From Octopus bimaculoides (taxonomy: Eukaryota), in assembly GCF_001194135.2 (NCBI RefSeq), contig NC_068995.1, forward strand, positions 23,334,444 through 23,398,443: a stretch of 64,000 nt of DNA. The letters run 5' to 3'. The translations under genes were made by a program, and so were the position numbers. The notes beneath the pieces were generated by a model. That model was not told the origin of the DNA. It worked only from the letters and a program-made list of their open reading frames with translations, and did not search any database. Of this stretch, positions 51,481-64,000 are shown piece after piece; position 1 is the stretch's first letter; each line of letters starts with the position of its first letter.

Positions 51481-53118
51481 ATATTGTGAATATAAAAGTG
51501 TGATTAATTCGATACTAATGATAGAACTTTTGTTTAATAATACTTTATTATACTTTAAGCAAATAAGCTAAAATGATTATAATGATACGGATAATAGAAA
51601 TATCTCATTGAATGCTGGTGATGACGAGAAGGTTTATACTGTCCACGCTGATGCAAATGATGGTAATTATATCATCGGGATTTCAATATATATATATGTG
51701 TGGGGGAGTGTATGTGTGTGTGTGCGTGTGTGCGTGTGTGTGTGTACTTACTTGGAAATGGATATGTCGCATTATGTATATGTATATGTGTATTTGTACA
51801 TAGATACACATATACATATACATATATATGGCAATTATAATATATATGGCACGTATAATTATGTCTTCTAATAAAAATAAGTTATTTTTTACCAATATTT
51901 CCTTCTATGAGATGATGATGTAGCTGTTGCTGCTTCAGTCGGTGNNNNNNNNNNNNNNNNNNNNNNNNNNNNNNNNNNNNNNNNNNNNNNNNNNNNNNNN
52001 NNNNNNNNNNNNNNNNNNNNNNNNNNNNNNNNNNNNNNNNNNNNNNNNNNNNNGATGGTGGTGGTGGCGGCGACGGCGGCAGTGGTGGTGGTGGTGGCGG
52101 CGATGGTGGAGGTGGTTGTTTTGTTGCTATTAGTGATAATCATAGTGAGAGGGAGGTGAAATAAGATGGCGGCATCAATTCCGTTAGACATATAATGCCT
52201 ATGTTGAATTATTAAATAGTAGTACGAGTCATTTTCATTCAATTTGTGCAAAGATGTCGCACATTAACTCTGTCATATTTCAAGGCAGCTTTCTATCCCG
52301 CTACTCATCTTCTGGTGAATCTCATTGCCTTATCATTAAAAGTAAACAAAACATTCTACACTTATAGGCACAGTGATAGGAGAATCGTCCATTTATTCTA
52401 TATGAAGGATTCTGAGACAATGTGTTGTGGTTAAAAAATGAAGTACTCTTCACAAAAGTCGAAATTTCATAGGTATTGTTTGGAATTGCTAAATGTAGAA
52501 ATGCAATGAAAGAAGATGAACTAGAATACGCATTAGGGCACTGAGAGATAAACTAAAGACGGAACAAGATCCAAAAGTCTGAATAACAGCCATATACTTC
52601 TGGCGATTCCAGATGTATTCTATAGGTTCAAATGAATTAGAAGAACGTAATAGTATAAAACTATTCGGAAAATAGTTATATACTACAAAATGTGCCACCT
52701 CACTATAGACCGTTATCAGCTGCACCTGCAGAGAAGTAAGTTGTGTAGGGGGAGAGGGGGAATTGAAGAAAATCTCCTAAACTCTCATGATGTTTCGGTT
52801 GCCTAGATATCCCAGAAATTGTCCATGAAGCAAACAGATTGCACAAATCATGTGTAAAGAGAAATAGAAAACCTCACCGTGAAATGCAATGCAGATGGTG
52901 TATGAAAATATCAACTGGAAATCCTCTTACCCATTGTTCTACAAACATGAATAAACCAGCATTAATTCAAGGCGAAAAAGTAGTATAAAATTATTGGAGG
53001 CAAAAGATGATGCTACAACTCAGAAATAAGGATGAAAAGGATAGGCAGAATATTGTGTTTACTAGAAAGTATTGAATACATGAGGATTTACAATGGTTAA
53101 GACCCACTAAGCAATTGA

Positions 53119-53163
<45 letters not shown>

Positions 53164-53335
53164 GTGATGGTTTGTTGCCAACTTAATGTGGCATTCCCAG
53201 TAAAAGGAAGAATGCTACTGCTATTTAGCCCCAGGAAACATCATTTCGAGTTGGCTATGATGAGACACAAGCGTTCTGTGTCCCTAAGTTTTGAAACAGC
53301 AGAAATAAGCACTTCTACCAAGCAAAGCCAGCATT

Positions 53336-53375
53336 CAGAGACTAGTTTCAGAGTCATTGCTCTTCATCAATCAGG
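53336..53375 (-). ncRNA. Degenerate type I hammerhead ribozyme (C3U, one stem I mismatch)
   Basis: Reverse complement reads CCUGA-UUGAUGA-AGAG-CAAUGA-CUCU-GAAA-CUAGUC-UCUG. Confidence 0.6.
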
Positions 53376-53713
53376 AGTAGCTTGGCTTGCTTGCTGTAGA
53401 TTCGTATTCGCCTTTGAAAACATAGAATTTCAAATGAAATAAATTCACTGATCTACAAAATTAGAAATATTGCATTTCTAAATCTCTCAGAGAGACATAT
53501 ACAATAGCAGCACAATAAATTGATGATTTCTTGCCGACGTAGTGTGACAGTTCCAGGAAAGGGAAGAATGCTACTGCTACTGCTATTTATTTCCAGTTGG
53601 CTATGTGACACAAGTGTTCTGTGTCATTTGTAGATCAGGGAATTTATTTCATTTGAAATTCTATGAGTCTTCAAAGGCGAATAAGCATCGACAGCGAGCA
53701 AGCCAAGCTACTT

Positions 53714-53752
53714 CAGACTGATGAAGAGCAGTGACTCTGAAACTAGTCTCTG
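53714..53752 (+). ncRNA. Minimal type I hammerhead ribozyme
   Basis: CAGA (stem I) - CUGAUGA 53718-24 - AGAG/CUCU stem II with CAGUGA loop - GAAA 53739-42 - palindromic ACUAGU stem III - GUC cleavage site after 53748 - UCUG (stem I'). Confidence 0.8.
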
Positions 53753-55584
53753 CGTGTTGCTTTGCTGGGCGGAGGTGGTTATCTCCCCTGTTTGAAATCT
53801 TAAGGACACAGAACGCTTGTATCACATACCCAACTGGAAACGAAATTTCCTAGGGCTGAATTACCAGTAGCATTCTTCCCTTTCCTGAGACTGCCACATT
53901 AAGTTGGAAACAAACTATCATGTTATCGTGTTGGTATGGTATCAGACACTCTGAGAGATATAGAAATGCAATATTTCTAATTATATATATATTAATAATA
54001 ATAATAATAATATGACAACAAAAGAATGAATGAGATCTCGATATTATGCAAAATAGAGTAATTTATCTATAAATACAATATGTGACAATTAGTTGCTTGT
54101 CTTAATAAAACTTCGAACGCCGGCATCTCATCAGTTAGTAGGACAAACCTTGTATGTCTCCACTGTGCTGTTTTTGTGGGAGCAACTACGTTCGAAGACG
54201 CATTGTCATTCAATGCTCAAAATTAGGAGTAGATGGACAGCCGACAACAGTTGAGAAGTCATTTTTATATTACTTGTCATCTTTTCCATTTGTTTCTCTC
54301 GTTTGCGTATTCAACTCAATTGTTTTCGCATTTCATGTTGTGTACAATTTGTGACGTCATGTACCCATATATGCATATGAATATATATANNNNNNNNNNN
54401 NNNNNNNNNNNNNNNNNNNNNNNNNNNNNNNNNNNNNNNNNNNNNNNNNNNNNNNNNNNNNNNNNNNNNNNNNNNNNNNNNNNNNNNNNNNNNNNNNNNN
54501 NNNNNNNNNNNNNNNNNNNNNNNNNNNNNNNNNNNNNNNNNNNNNNNNNNNNNNNNNNNNNNNNNNNNNNNNNNNNNNNNNNNNNNNNNNNNNNNNNNNN
54601 NNNNNNNNNNNNNNNNNNNNNNNNNNNNNNNNNNNNNNNNNNNNNNNNNNNNNNNNNNNNNNNNNNNNNNNNNNNNNNNNNNNNNNNNNNNNNNNNNNNN
54701 NNNNNNNNNNNNNNNNNNNNNNNNNNNNNNNNNNNNNNNNNNNNNNNNNNNNNNNNNNNNNNNNNNNNNNNNNNNNNNNNNNNNNNNNNNNNNNNNNNNN
54801 NNNNNNNNNNNNNNNNNNNNNNNNNNNNNNNNNNNNNNNNNNNNNNNNNNNNNNNNNNNNNNNNNNNNNNNNNNNNNNNNNNNNNNNNNNNNNNNNNNNN
54901 NNNNNNNNNNNNNNNNNNNNNNNNNNNNNNNNNNNNNNNNNNNNNNNNNNNNNNNNNNNNNNNNNNNNNNNNNNNNNNNNNNNNNNNNNNNNNNNNNNNN
55001 NNNNNNNNNNNNNNNNNNNNNNNNNNNNNNNNNNNNNNNNNNNNNNNNNNNNNNNNNNNNNNNNNNNNNNNNNNNNNNNNNNNNNNNNNNNNNNNNNNNN
55101 NNNNNNNNNNNNNNNNNNNNNNNNNNNNNNNNNNNNNNNNNNNNNNNNNNNNNNNNNNNNNNNNNNNNNNNNNNNNNNNNNNNNNNNNNNNNNNNNNNNN
55201 NNNNNNNNNNNNNNNNNNNNNNNNNNNNNNNNNNNNNNNNNNNNNNNNNNNNNNNNNNNNNNNNNNNNNNATATATATATATATATATACATACATATGT
55301 ACAGAATTTTGTCGCCAGCAGCCTCATTTTGCATCCTGTGTTGAGGCTAATGACCAAATCATAAATGTTGAGAGGAATTCTGTCATGCAACCGCAGTCAC
55401 AGTGCCAACAGTATCCCTTCCTGCAAGAAACGGTTTCATAGACTCCATTGCGTCAGTTTATGTCACGTTGTATAGCCTTTATAGTGTTGACAGTGCATTG
55501 AGCAGCACTCATCAATTTGTCATTTTGATACCAGGTGCGAATAATGATGATATAGTAACACTTATCCTCTATATATATATACAG

Positions 55585-55611
<27 letters not shown>

Positions 55612-55615
<4 letters not shown>

Positions 55616-55943
55616 CGGCGATAAGAATATGGAGAGGATCAAGAGGTGGTATTCATAAACATTTAGACATCATTTCATGTTTTTTAAACAATTATAACAA
55701 TATACTTTACATATATAATATATAAAAATACCAGTAATTATTAAAATATATAACCTAGAACATATACGTTATATATTTAAACAGTTACTGGTATTTATAT
55801 ATATCATATATGTAAAGCATAATATGTTATACATGTATGTATATTGTTGTAAGATATTTTTAAAATATAAATAGACATAATATAATGTCTAAAATTTGAT
55901 GAATACCACCGCTTGATCGCCTCCATTTTCTTATTGCTGTATA
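55612..55943. mobile_element. Foldback MITE, Tc1/mariner-type ends
   Basis: Arms 55612-55754 and 55768-55943 are inverted copies with indels (GATCAAGAGGTGGTATTCAT vs ATGAATACCACCGCTTGATC). Ends TA|C(G/A)G...CTG|TA. Confidence 0.8.
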
Positions 55944-56125
55944 AATTAAGGGTAAAACAACTTTCACCCGCACCCATTTATTACATTCAGTAGTGTAATT
56001 GCCAATCCGTGAAAGAACACCCGTGTGTTAATAATTGGGTATTCTGCAAGCAGTATATTGGATAGATTATAGCCCCTAGTTGGTTAGATTCAGAACCCCT
56101 TACTCTCTTGGAATTATATATATAT

Positions 56126-56467
56126 ACTCTTTTACTCTTTTAATTGTTTCAGTCATTTGACTGTGGCCATGCTGGAGCACCGCCTTTAGTCGAGCAAATC
56201 GACTCCAGGTCTTATTCTTTGTAAGCCTAGTACTTATTCTATCGGCACTTTTGCCGAACCGCTAGATTGCGGGGACGTAAACACACCAGCATCGGTTGTC
56301 AAGCGATTTGGGGGGGGGGGTACAAACACAGACACACAGACATATACACATACATACACATATACAGATATATACATATATACGACAGGCTTCTTTCAGT
56401 TTCCATCTACCAAATCCACTCACAAGGCTTTGGTCGGGCCGAGGCTATAGTAGAAGACAGTTCCCCA
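56126..56467 (-). mobile_element. SINE family B, 5'-truncated, intact 3' tail
   Basis: (CTCTTTTA)n tail, GTTTCAGTCATTTGACTGTGGCCATGCTGGAGCACCGCC, body with internal CA/TA repeat, ends at GAAGACAGTTCCCCAAGG. Confidence 0.9.
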
Positions 56468-58374
56468 AGGAAGAATTGGCAGTAAAATTAAAGTAAAATC
56501 CCTCAATTCCCTGTGCAACATACTGTCATTCTTCTTCAGATACGAGCAAATGAATGTTATGGATATGTGTAAAGAATTTTCAGAAGTAAATTTTACTCGA
56601 CATTTGTATGTTCTCAGAATCTGTAAGCTTAAACTTGTCCTTTAGATATTATGAAGCAATAACATATATGGTGAAGCATAAGGTCGATTGAGTAACCAAT
56701 GTCCTATTGATAAATCATTATGTAATCAATTACAGCTCCAGAAGTATACACATGATTAACACAAATTCCCCTTCACAACCAGAATGATATAATATGAGAA
56801 AGATGGACCTTTGGGACATAGGTAGTAACCAATGAAGGAGAGAAAGAGATAAAGAGAGACAGAGACCTGCGAGACGGGGAGGGAGAGAGAGATAAAGAAT
56901 AAGAAATACGACACTAATAGAACGATGAAAGACAATGTTAGCGTCGAATGTGACCTGATTTAAACATTAGCGATTCAGATAGAATCTTCCATTATATATT
57001 TTGTCCATTTCTGCTCTCGTATCTAACAGACTAGTGCTGATTAAGTGTACTTTTGCCTCCGTGCTATTCTATCCATTATATTCAGTTTCTTTTACAAGAT
57101 GTAGGTATGCAGTTTACTAATGCTGTTTTCTTCTTTAAGTTAATATAAAAGGAATTGTGATTTGGCCGCTTTTTCTAGAAGGTCAGGCCATGACTAACAA
57201 GCTCTATCCTTTTCACTGTCTTGTGCAGGTGATGAAGTATACTTGTAGAAATATGATTCATTTTTATGTAATATGTCCATATGCTTCAGGATAATTTCAT
57301 GAATATTTTACTGTAAAATAAACACATATTCGTCCATGTATGTCACACTCTGTCGTTATTCTAAATTTGATTTTGAAATTTCATTCTTTATATCTCACTT
57401 CAGGCACTTGCCTAAATATAGTAATGTTTTTTATGCGTTTCCTCTGCGTCAAATTTCGATTGACTCCTTTACAGCAAAAATGATTTGTCATTTATGTTTA
57501 TATGTATATTAATGTATATCGGCTTTGGTAGTGGATCATTTACAATGTATTTTCTGTGGAATGTAAGATGTTCTTTATAAGATTGTCAGCGCATTCCACA
57601 CATTGAACATCATGAAGTTGCCATGGGTGAGAAGCTAAGACTTTAATACTTAGTGAACGGTACAATTTCTCATGGCTCATAAGTATCAAAATTAATAAAT
57701 AAAAAGAAAGGAAGAAAACACAGGCGATAAAATATGTATTTGCGAAAAGATACGCTTCAACAGTGTTCAACTCCAATTCTGAGATGCATTCATCCAAGTT
57801 GTTAGGATTAAGCACATCCCAATAAAAAATGTCATCTCAAGAAAAATGGAAATATAAAAATTTGAAAGCATTAAGCATTTTTTTTACATTCGTGAATCGA
57901 AAAGCAGCAGAATTTAGAAAAGAAATATTTCTAAACTGAACTGAAGCAATAAATAGAAATTGCGAAATCATTTTCTTAATTTTGTAATTGCCTTTTCAAT
58001 AGGAGGTATCTGAATCGTCACTACCATTGACCGAATAACATTTAAGCAATGCATTTTAAAACGCAAATTCTTTTGTATTTGTGCATTATAAAAAAATGTA
58101 TATATCTTATTAAATATGATTCACTGCTCAGAAAATTATAAAACTGAGCATTGGAGCATAATGTCACATTAAAAGTTCAAGTCTGAAAACGAATAAGTTG
58201 CGAGGAAAAAATCTTTCGAAAGAAAGTAATATTCGAAAAGGGATTACAAATCAAAAATTAGATAAATCAATGTGATATAAAGAAATAATATTAACAAATA
58301 TTATAGCAAGAAATTCAGCTTTCTCACATATGCATATTTGCAATAGCCTGCGCTTATTCGTGTATAATGTACGA

Positions 58375-58413
<39 letters not shown>

Positions 58414-59041
58414 TGTGTGTATATATATACACACACATGCACGTAAATATACTTATATATNNNNNNNNNNAAGATTTCTTATATTCACATATGTATATAG
58501 GTATGTATATATATACATATGTACATGTATATACATATATGCACACATGCAAACACCCAGAAACTCATACATGTATGTACATATGTATGTACATATGCAT
58601 GTACGTATGTGCGTACGTATGTATGTATGTATGTTGTCTGTGTCGATATGCGTAGAATTCTTTCCTCTGCTGTTTATACGAATATATATGAATATAACTT
58701 TATCAAGGTTTCGGTTTCATTGTCATTTATAAATATCAAATGGAAATTAATTTCGAAATGTAAAAATAAGAAAGAAACAATGTATGATACGTAAATATAT
58801 AAAAATATAACTCACCAATTATCAGTGAAAGATGAATGGATTGAAGCTGCTAATACACAATAAATCATATAGATGTGTATTGCAATGTTATTTGATACAA
58901 AGCACGTGTTATGAAAAATTTCGATAAAAATACACATAAAACTAGATTTTAATAACATCGTTTGAAGTTATGCTTCACTATGAACACAAAGAAGCATTAT
59001 CGTCTCTCTTTCTGTTGTCATTATGTTCTATGTGTACACTA

Positions 59042-59077
<36 letters not shown>

Positions 59078-59125
59078 ACATATACTTAGACACGCACAAA
59101 TATATACACACATATAGCCATATAT

Positions 59126-59158
<33 letters not shown>

Positions 59159-59986
59159 NNNNNNNNNNNNNNNNNNNNNNNNNNNNNNNNNNNNNNNNNN
59201 NNNNNNNNNNNNNNNNNNNNNNNNNNNNNNNNNNNNNNNNNNNNNNNNNNNNNNNNNNNNNNNNNNNNNNNNNNNNNNNNNNNNNNNNNNNNNNNNNNNN
59301 NNNNNNNNNNNNNNNNNNNNNNNNNNNNNNNNNNNNNNNNNNNNNNNNNNNNNNNNNNNNNNNNNNNNNNNNNNNNNNNNNNNNNNNNNNNNNNNNNNNN
59401 NNNNNNNNNNNNNNNNNNNNNNNNNNNNNNNNNNNNNNNNNNNNNNNNNNNNNNNNNNNNNNNNNNNNNNNNNNNNNNNNNNNNNNNNNNNNNNNNNNNN
59501 NNNNNNNNNNNNNNNNNNNNNNNNNNNNNNNNNNNNNNNNNNNNNNNNNNNNNNNNNNNNNNNNNNNNNNNNNNNNNNNNNNNNNNNNNNNNNNNNNNNN
59601 NNNNNNNNNNNNNNNNNNNNNNNNNNNNNNNNNNNNNNNNNNNNNNNNNNNNNNNNNNNNNNNNNNNNNNNNNNNNNNNNNNNNNNNNNNNNNNNNNNNN
59701 NNNNNNNNNNNNNNNNNNNNNNNNNNNNNNNNNNNNNNNNNNNNNNNNNNNNNNNNNNNNNNNNNNNNNNNNNNNNNCAGACATACATACATACAATGAA
59801 GCTCATATACATGCCCATATCTACCGCATGAATGTGTGCACTCAAACCCTCAAACTTACAAGAACGACCTCATACACATAAATACATATACGCATGCATG
59901 TGTGTCTTTATCTATATACGTCTGTGTGCGTGTGTTTGTATATATATATATGTTTGTGTGTGTATATATTTGTATATATATGTATT

Positions 59987-60027
<41 letters not shown>

Positions 60028-60236
60028 TTTATTACATTAGTATGGTATTTTTGTCCAGTACAGTTACTAATTGAATCAAAAGGACTCAATACTGTTAACT
60101 AGGCTTTGAGCAATATTTATTTAATATGACGCCTAACCATTCCTACAGACTCAGCTTCGAATACACACACATATACAGACACATACACATACATACACAC
60201 AGTTGCACACATAGCATACATGTACACCCACAATTA

Positions 60237-60281
<45 letters not shown>

Positions 60282-62443
60282 CAGCACTCAAACACTATCT
60301 CTTAACCACATGCATGTGCTTGTGTTCTAATGTATTTATGTATACGCAGGTAATCTTATGCGTGTATCTTTTTGCTGAAACATGTACATATAACAACGCA
60401 CGGGACAATATTCATAACATTAAGTTGCCTTCTATCATCACAACTCCTCTATGCCAATGACGATATGGTATAGTAATTGTGATTCAATGAATTCTGAAAC
60501 TTGAAAGAGTTTTTCTGTAGAGATCTCTACAATGAAATGCAGATCCTTCAGACTAATAGTTCTGTTATTTTGTACGGTGTGAATACCATTATGCTGACTG
60601 AAAATGAAATATGTTGAATGCAGTATATGTATATATATATNNNNNNNNNNNNNNNNNNNNNNNNNNNNNNNNNNNNNNNNNNNNNNNNNNNNNNNNNNNN
60701 NNNNNNNNNNNNNNNNNNNNNNNNNNNNATATATTTATATACATGCATATTTGTGTGCGTCTATGTGTATATATAATATACATACACATATATATATATA
60801 TATATATGTGTATGTATGTGTATGCGTTTATATGTGCACAGACTGAGAGGTAGCGAGAGATAGGTAGAAAGAGAGGGGGAGAGTGAGAGAGGACGGGAAG
60901 GAGAGTGAAATATAGTTAGATGAATGGATGGCTTAATGGGGAGATAGGTATACTGTCTGCGTTATAAGAATTTCGAAAACACGAAGGTTTGTGACACATC
61001 CTTTTTAACAGTGGCACTAGAACTAGTTTAGTGTATAAATAATACTATGTAAAACATTTGTTTATAATAACTGTTAATGGAAAATATCGGAGGTTACCAA
61101 TGGAATATGAACCAGATTTTCAGTAAAAATGTCTGATCTTCTAACATTATACCAAAGCAACTTTTCGTATGTTCCCCATTCATTTTAGATGTTTTGTTCT
61201 TATCGCCAACAACTGTATAGTTTTTAACTAATAAAGCTTTAAAAAATTCGGTAGAATGAAATAAGCTTTTGTGCACGAGGAACTTGAAGTATATAAAGCC
61301 ATGAAAATTAGCACGTAAAATACTGGTTACAGACTTCGACTCTTTTTCACCCCAGAACATCTTTATACATTCAAAACATCGTAATTGATTTTTGAAACAG
61401 TAGTACAGGCATGGTGGAAGTCAGAAGATGATCTTTATTTATGATAATTTCACGTTAATGTCAGCTTTAAATACAGGGATACTTTTTATGTGTTGTTTTC
61501 CTGATATTAAAAGTTATGTTCAGCATTAATCGGCTCTAATTCGGTTTTGGTTTCTTATTGAAAATATGAACTATTAATATTTTGCCTTTCGTAATTGTTT
61601 ATTTCTTTAATAGTAAGACACGCAGACATTCTTCGGAATGGAAAAAGTTAAGAGGAGCTATTTAAGAAGGAAAGGATGATTTGCATTTTTGTAGCATTCA
61701 TAGCTTAACTTCAAATATTCTTGACGTTCGTCTACATTCGTTTCCTCGCGTCTCCGTCGATGTTGTCTTTTTCATGTTTTCATATTTTCTCGCAGTTCCT
61801 CTCTGACTCGTGCTCTATATATGCGCATCCCTTCTCGGGCAGCTTGCAACCGTGTTTCTCGTGGATCCAGAGTTTAGGCTAAATTAACCCTTATAAACAA
61901 ATATCAATTATTTAAGTGATAAGTCGATAAAGAATTAGGCTTATGCGTATGCGATGGTCGCTATAAAAATAGTTGAATAAAAAATACTTTTCACTATCAA
62001 CACACCAACACCATCGTTATCTGCATCTGTCTGTCTCTCTCCTTTTCTCTCTTTCTCCCTCTTTCTCACACTATCCCTCTTTCACACACAATATAACTCC
62101 CTCCCCTGTCCATCTCTCTCTATCTACCCTTCCCTTCAGCTAACTTCCGAACCACGTAATAAATATTCCTTCTCAACCTACTACACTTCATTAGTACTTC
62201 TCTTTCCCTCTTTTTCTCTCGTTGTCTTTTTCTCTCGTTCTTCGAATCTACCTTCAGCTGACCACGTGACCATTTGACCTAAGCATTTTAATATTAATCA
62301 CTTTTCTCTATTTCTTCCTCTCTTCTTTCTTCACTCTTCCCCCTCACTCTCTCACTCACTCTTACTTCAACTCTCACTCATTCCACCTCCATTTCTCTAA
62401 CTAATGTATAACGGGCGAACGAATAAGCATATTTTCATTCATT

Positions 62444-62787
62444 TTTCATTTTATCTAGTTTCAGCTTATGAGCTGTGGCCATGCTGGGGCACCGCCACTT
62501 GGTGTTGCTACACAATTTTACTTCACGAATTTTACTTCAGGAGTTGACATTTGGTGCATGAGAGAGTTTGATGCAGCTGCTCTCATCTGCACCTTCTGCC
62601 GTGAAGTTGGTTCATCTGGGATACCTGACAGGAAGAGGTCCAGCCTCATCTTGAAGAAACCTACATCCACCGCATGCAGGTCTCTCAGGTCTTTCGGGAG
62701 GATATTGAAGAGCTGTGGACCTCTGAAGCCCAGGCTATTGCAGTATCTTGTCCTACATCTTGATGGCAAATTTGGAGTCCTTGGCAT
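62444..62787 (-). mobile_element. CR1-like LINE 3' fragment (ORF2 C-terminus and 3'UTR); clade assignment tentative
   Basis: YCNSLGFRGPQLFNILPKDLRDL..FFKMRLDLFLSGIPDEP..RAAASNSLMHQM (ORF 62787-62518), then a short UTR and (TGAAAA)-type tail. Confidence 0.8.
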
Positions 62788-63929
62788 TATTATTATCTAG
62801 ATTTTGAAAAAAGAGGGCAATCTGAATGTTTGTCCCGCACACATCCCGATTTCTTTGCCACTTGGAACATTTATAATAGACGGATCCTTTAAGTTTCCTC
62901 TTAGACTAATTGTTTTCTCGTTGAGTTGCAGACATATAAAACATCAAACTGGAGTTATCGTCTTCCAAGTTGTATTCGCTTGAACACTTTCCTCTTGAAA
63001 TTTCAAATTTTAATATATTCATTCAACTCACACTTTCAGCAGTAAAGGTCTCTACGTTTTGTACTCGCAAAATTTCTTTCTAATGTGAATCGCGCCTTTG
63101 CTGAGATTCTTTAGTATCTGGTGATCGTCCGCAACTGTTAAAAATTTGTCTCACTAATAGATTTACTTACGTTTCATGAGAGGTGCAGAAATAGCTTGCA
63201 CTGTTTCGTGTAATGTAAGATGTAGCATTTGAGACTACAAATGTTATATTTCTGCTTGTACTTCCTTATTGTTAAAGTTTCTTTAAAAATCAGATATATA
63301 GGACTACATCACTATGCTTACGGCAGTATTTTAAAATCTTGCAGATAATTTTGTGTGGATAGGAATAAATTTAATTCTTATAGATATCTTTCTTTCTCGA
63401 TATAATCTGTAGCACTTGCTGATATAAGCTTTACAATATGCAATGGTTTATTCTTTTTATTATAAGACTGGCAAAGTCTCCATTGTAAGTACTGGTCTGT
63501 ATTCTTCTCTTTGCAGTGGAAATAAGTCGCGGTAATTTTATTTCTTTACTATGATTCGTGAATGTCATTGATTGATATATGAAATCTTATAACATTTTAA
63601 TTATTCCTGAACCAACATATGTAAGAATCAACAAGGTGTATTTCCCAGTTGCTTTAAAATGATTTTTAAATCTGTGATAATTAAGAATCACAGGCTGGAC
63701 AGACTTTTTATTTCAAATATTTGGTGCAAAAATAAATCAATAAATTACAGGAATGTAATTAGAATTTTTTTTTTTAAATGCATTTAGGTTTTTCTTTTGT
63801 TTGTATGTGGTCAGTTTGAAAACGTTATACTCTTTGCATTGAGCAAATAATGTTACATCAGGGATTTAATATTCAATGTTGTTCATTGTATTATATAATA
63901 AATAAATATTGCATTCAGTAATTCTTACA

Positions 63930-64000
63930 TTATTTACATAATTTACAATTGACGGATATTTGTCCTAATCTTGTTTATTGTTAACACAACGTTTCGGCTG
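63930..64000 (-). mobile_element. Probable PLE terminal repeat carrying the 3' half of a hammerhead, cut by the window edge
   Basis: Reverse complement reads CAGCC-GAAA-CGUU-GUGUUAAC...: GAAA core, ACGU palindrome and GUU triplet. Confidence 0.5.

Larger units (their letters stand above)
53165..53982. mobile_element. Ribozyme-bearing ~355-bp repeat in tandem plus inverted arrangement (retrozyme / PLE pseudo-LTR-like)
   Basis: Full unit on + at 53627-53981; about 1.3 tandem units on - at 53625-53165; both sides border (TA)n-type microsatellite. Confidence 0.8.

Noticed and set aside
50586-51489. Poly-I/L/N/M ORFs, and HT/VC/IY repeat ORFs throughout the window
   Set aside because: Translations of microsatellites.
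57540-57836. Minus-strand ORF with acceptor-like start (DIFYWDVLNPNN..) and a hydrophobic stretch
   Set aside because: The hydrophobic stretch derives from a T-rich tract; there is no good donor and no recognisable family.
61094-61360. 88-aa minus-strand ORF
   Set aside because: No recognisable motif; the length is compatible with chance.
62800-63130. VYYKCSK / AGQT words suggesting GIY-YIG or FLYWCH
   Set aside because: The words lie in different frames and spacing is inconsistent; too weak.

Overview
AT-rich, repeat-dense animal genomic DNA from a gapped draft assembly; nearly every N-gap is flanked by microsatellite. The SINE families suggest an octopus (coleoid cephalopod); this is an inference from recalled repeat sequences, not a database search. 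I cannot support any intact host gene, rRNA, true tRNA gene or CRISPR array; most supplied ORFs are microsatellite or N artefacts. Content: about 18 tRNA-headed SINE copies or fragments in three families; decayed LINE fragments (R4/Dong-like, Tx1/L1-like, HERO-like, RTE-like, CR1-like); Penelope-like (PLE) GIY-YIG remnants; two decayed mariner transposons; several foldback MITE-like elements; and a few weak exon candidates. The main finding is a non-coding ~355-bp repeat at 53.2-54.0 kb, arranged in tandem plus inverted copies, carrying a canonical minimal type I hammerhead ribozyme (core 53718-53748) with a palindromic stem III. It resembles a retrozyme or PLE pseudo-LTR. A related ribozyme-less foldback lies at 12.3 kb, and two more hammerhead-like motifs lie at 20.5 kb and at the window edge. 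A second notable signal is a 3' tail shared between a CR1-like LINE (62.5 kb) and SINE family B.
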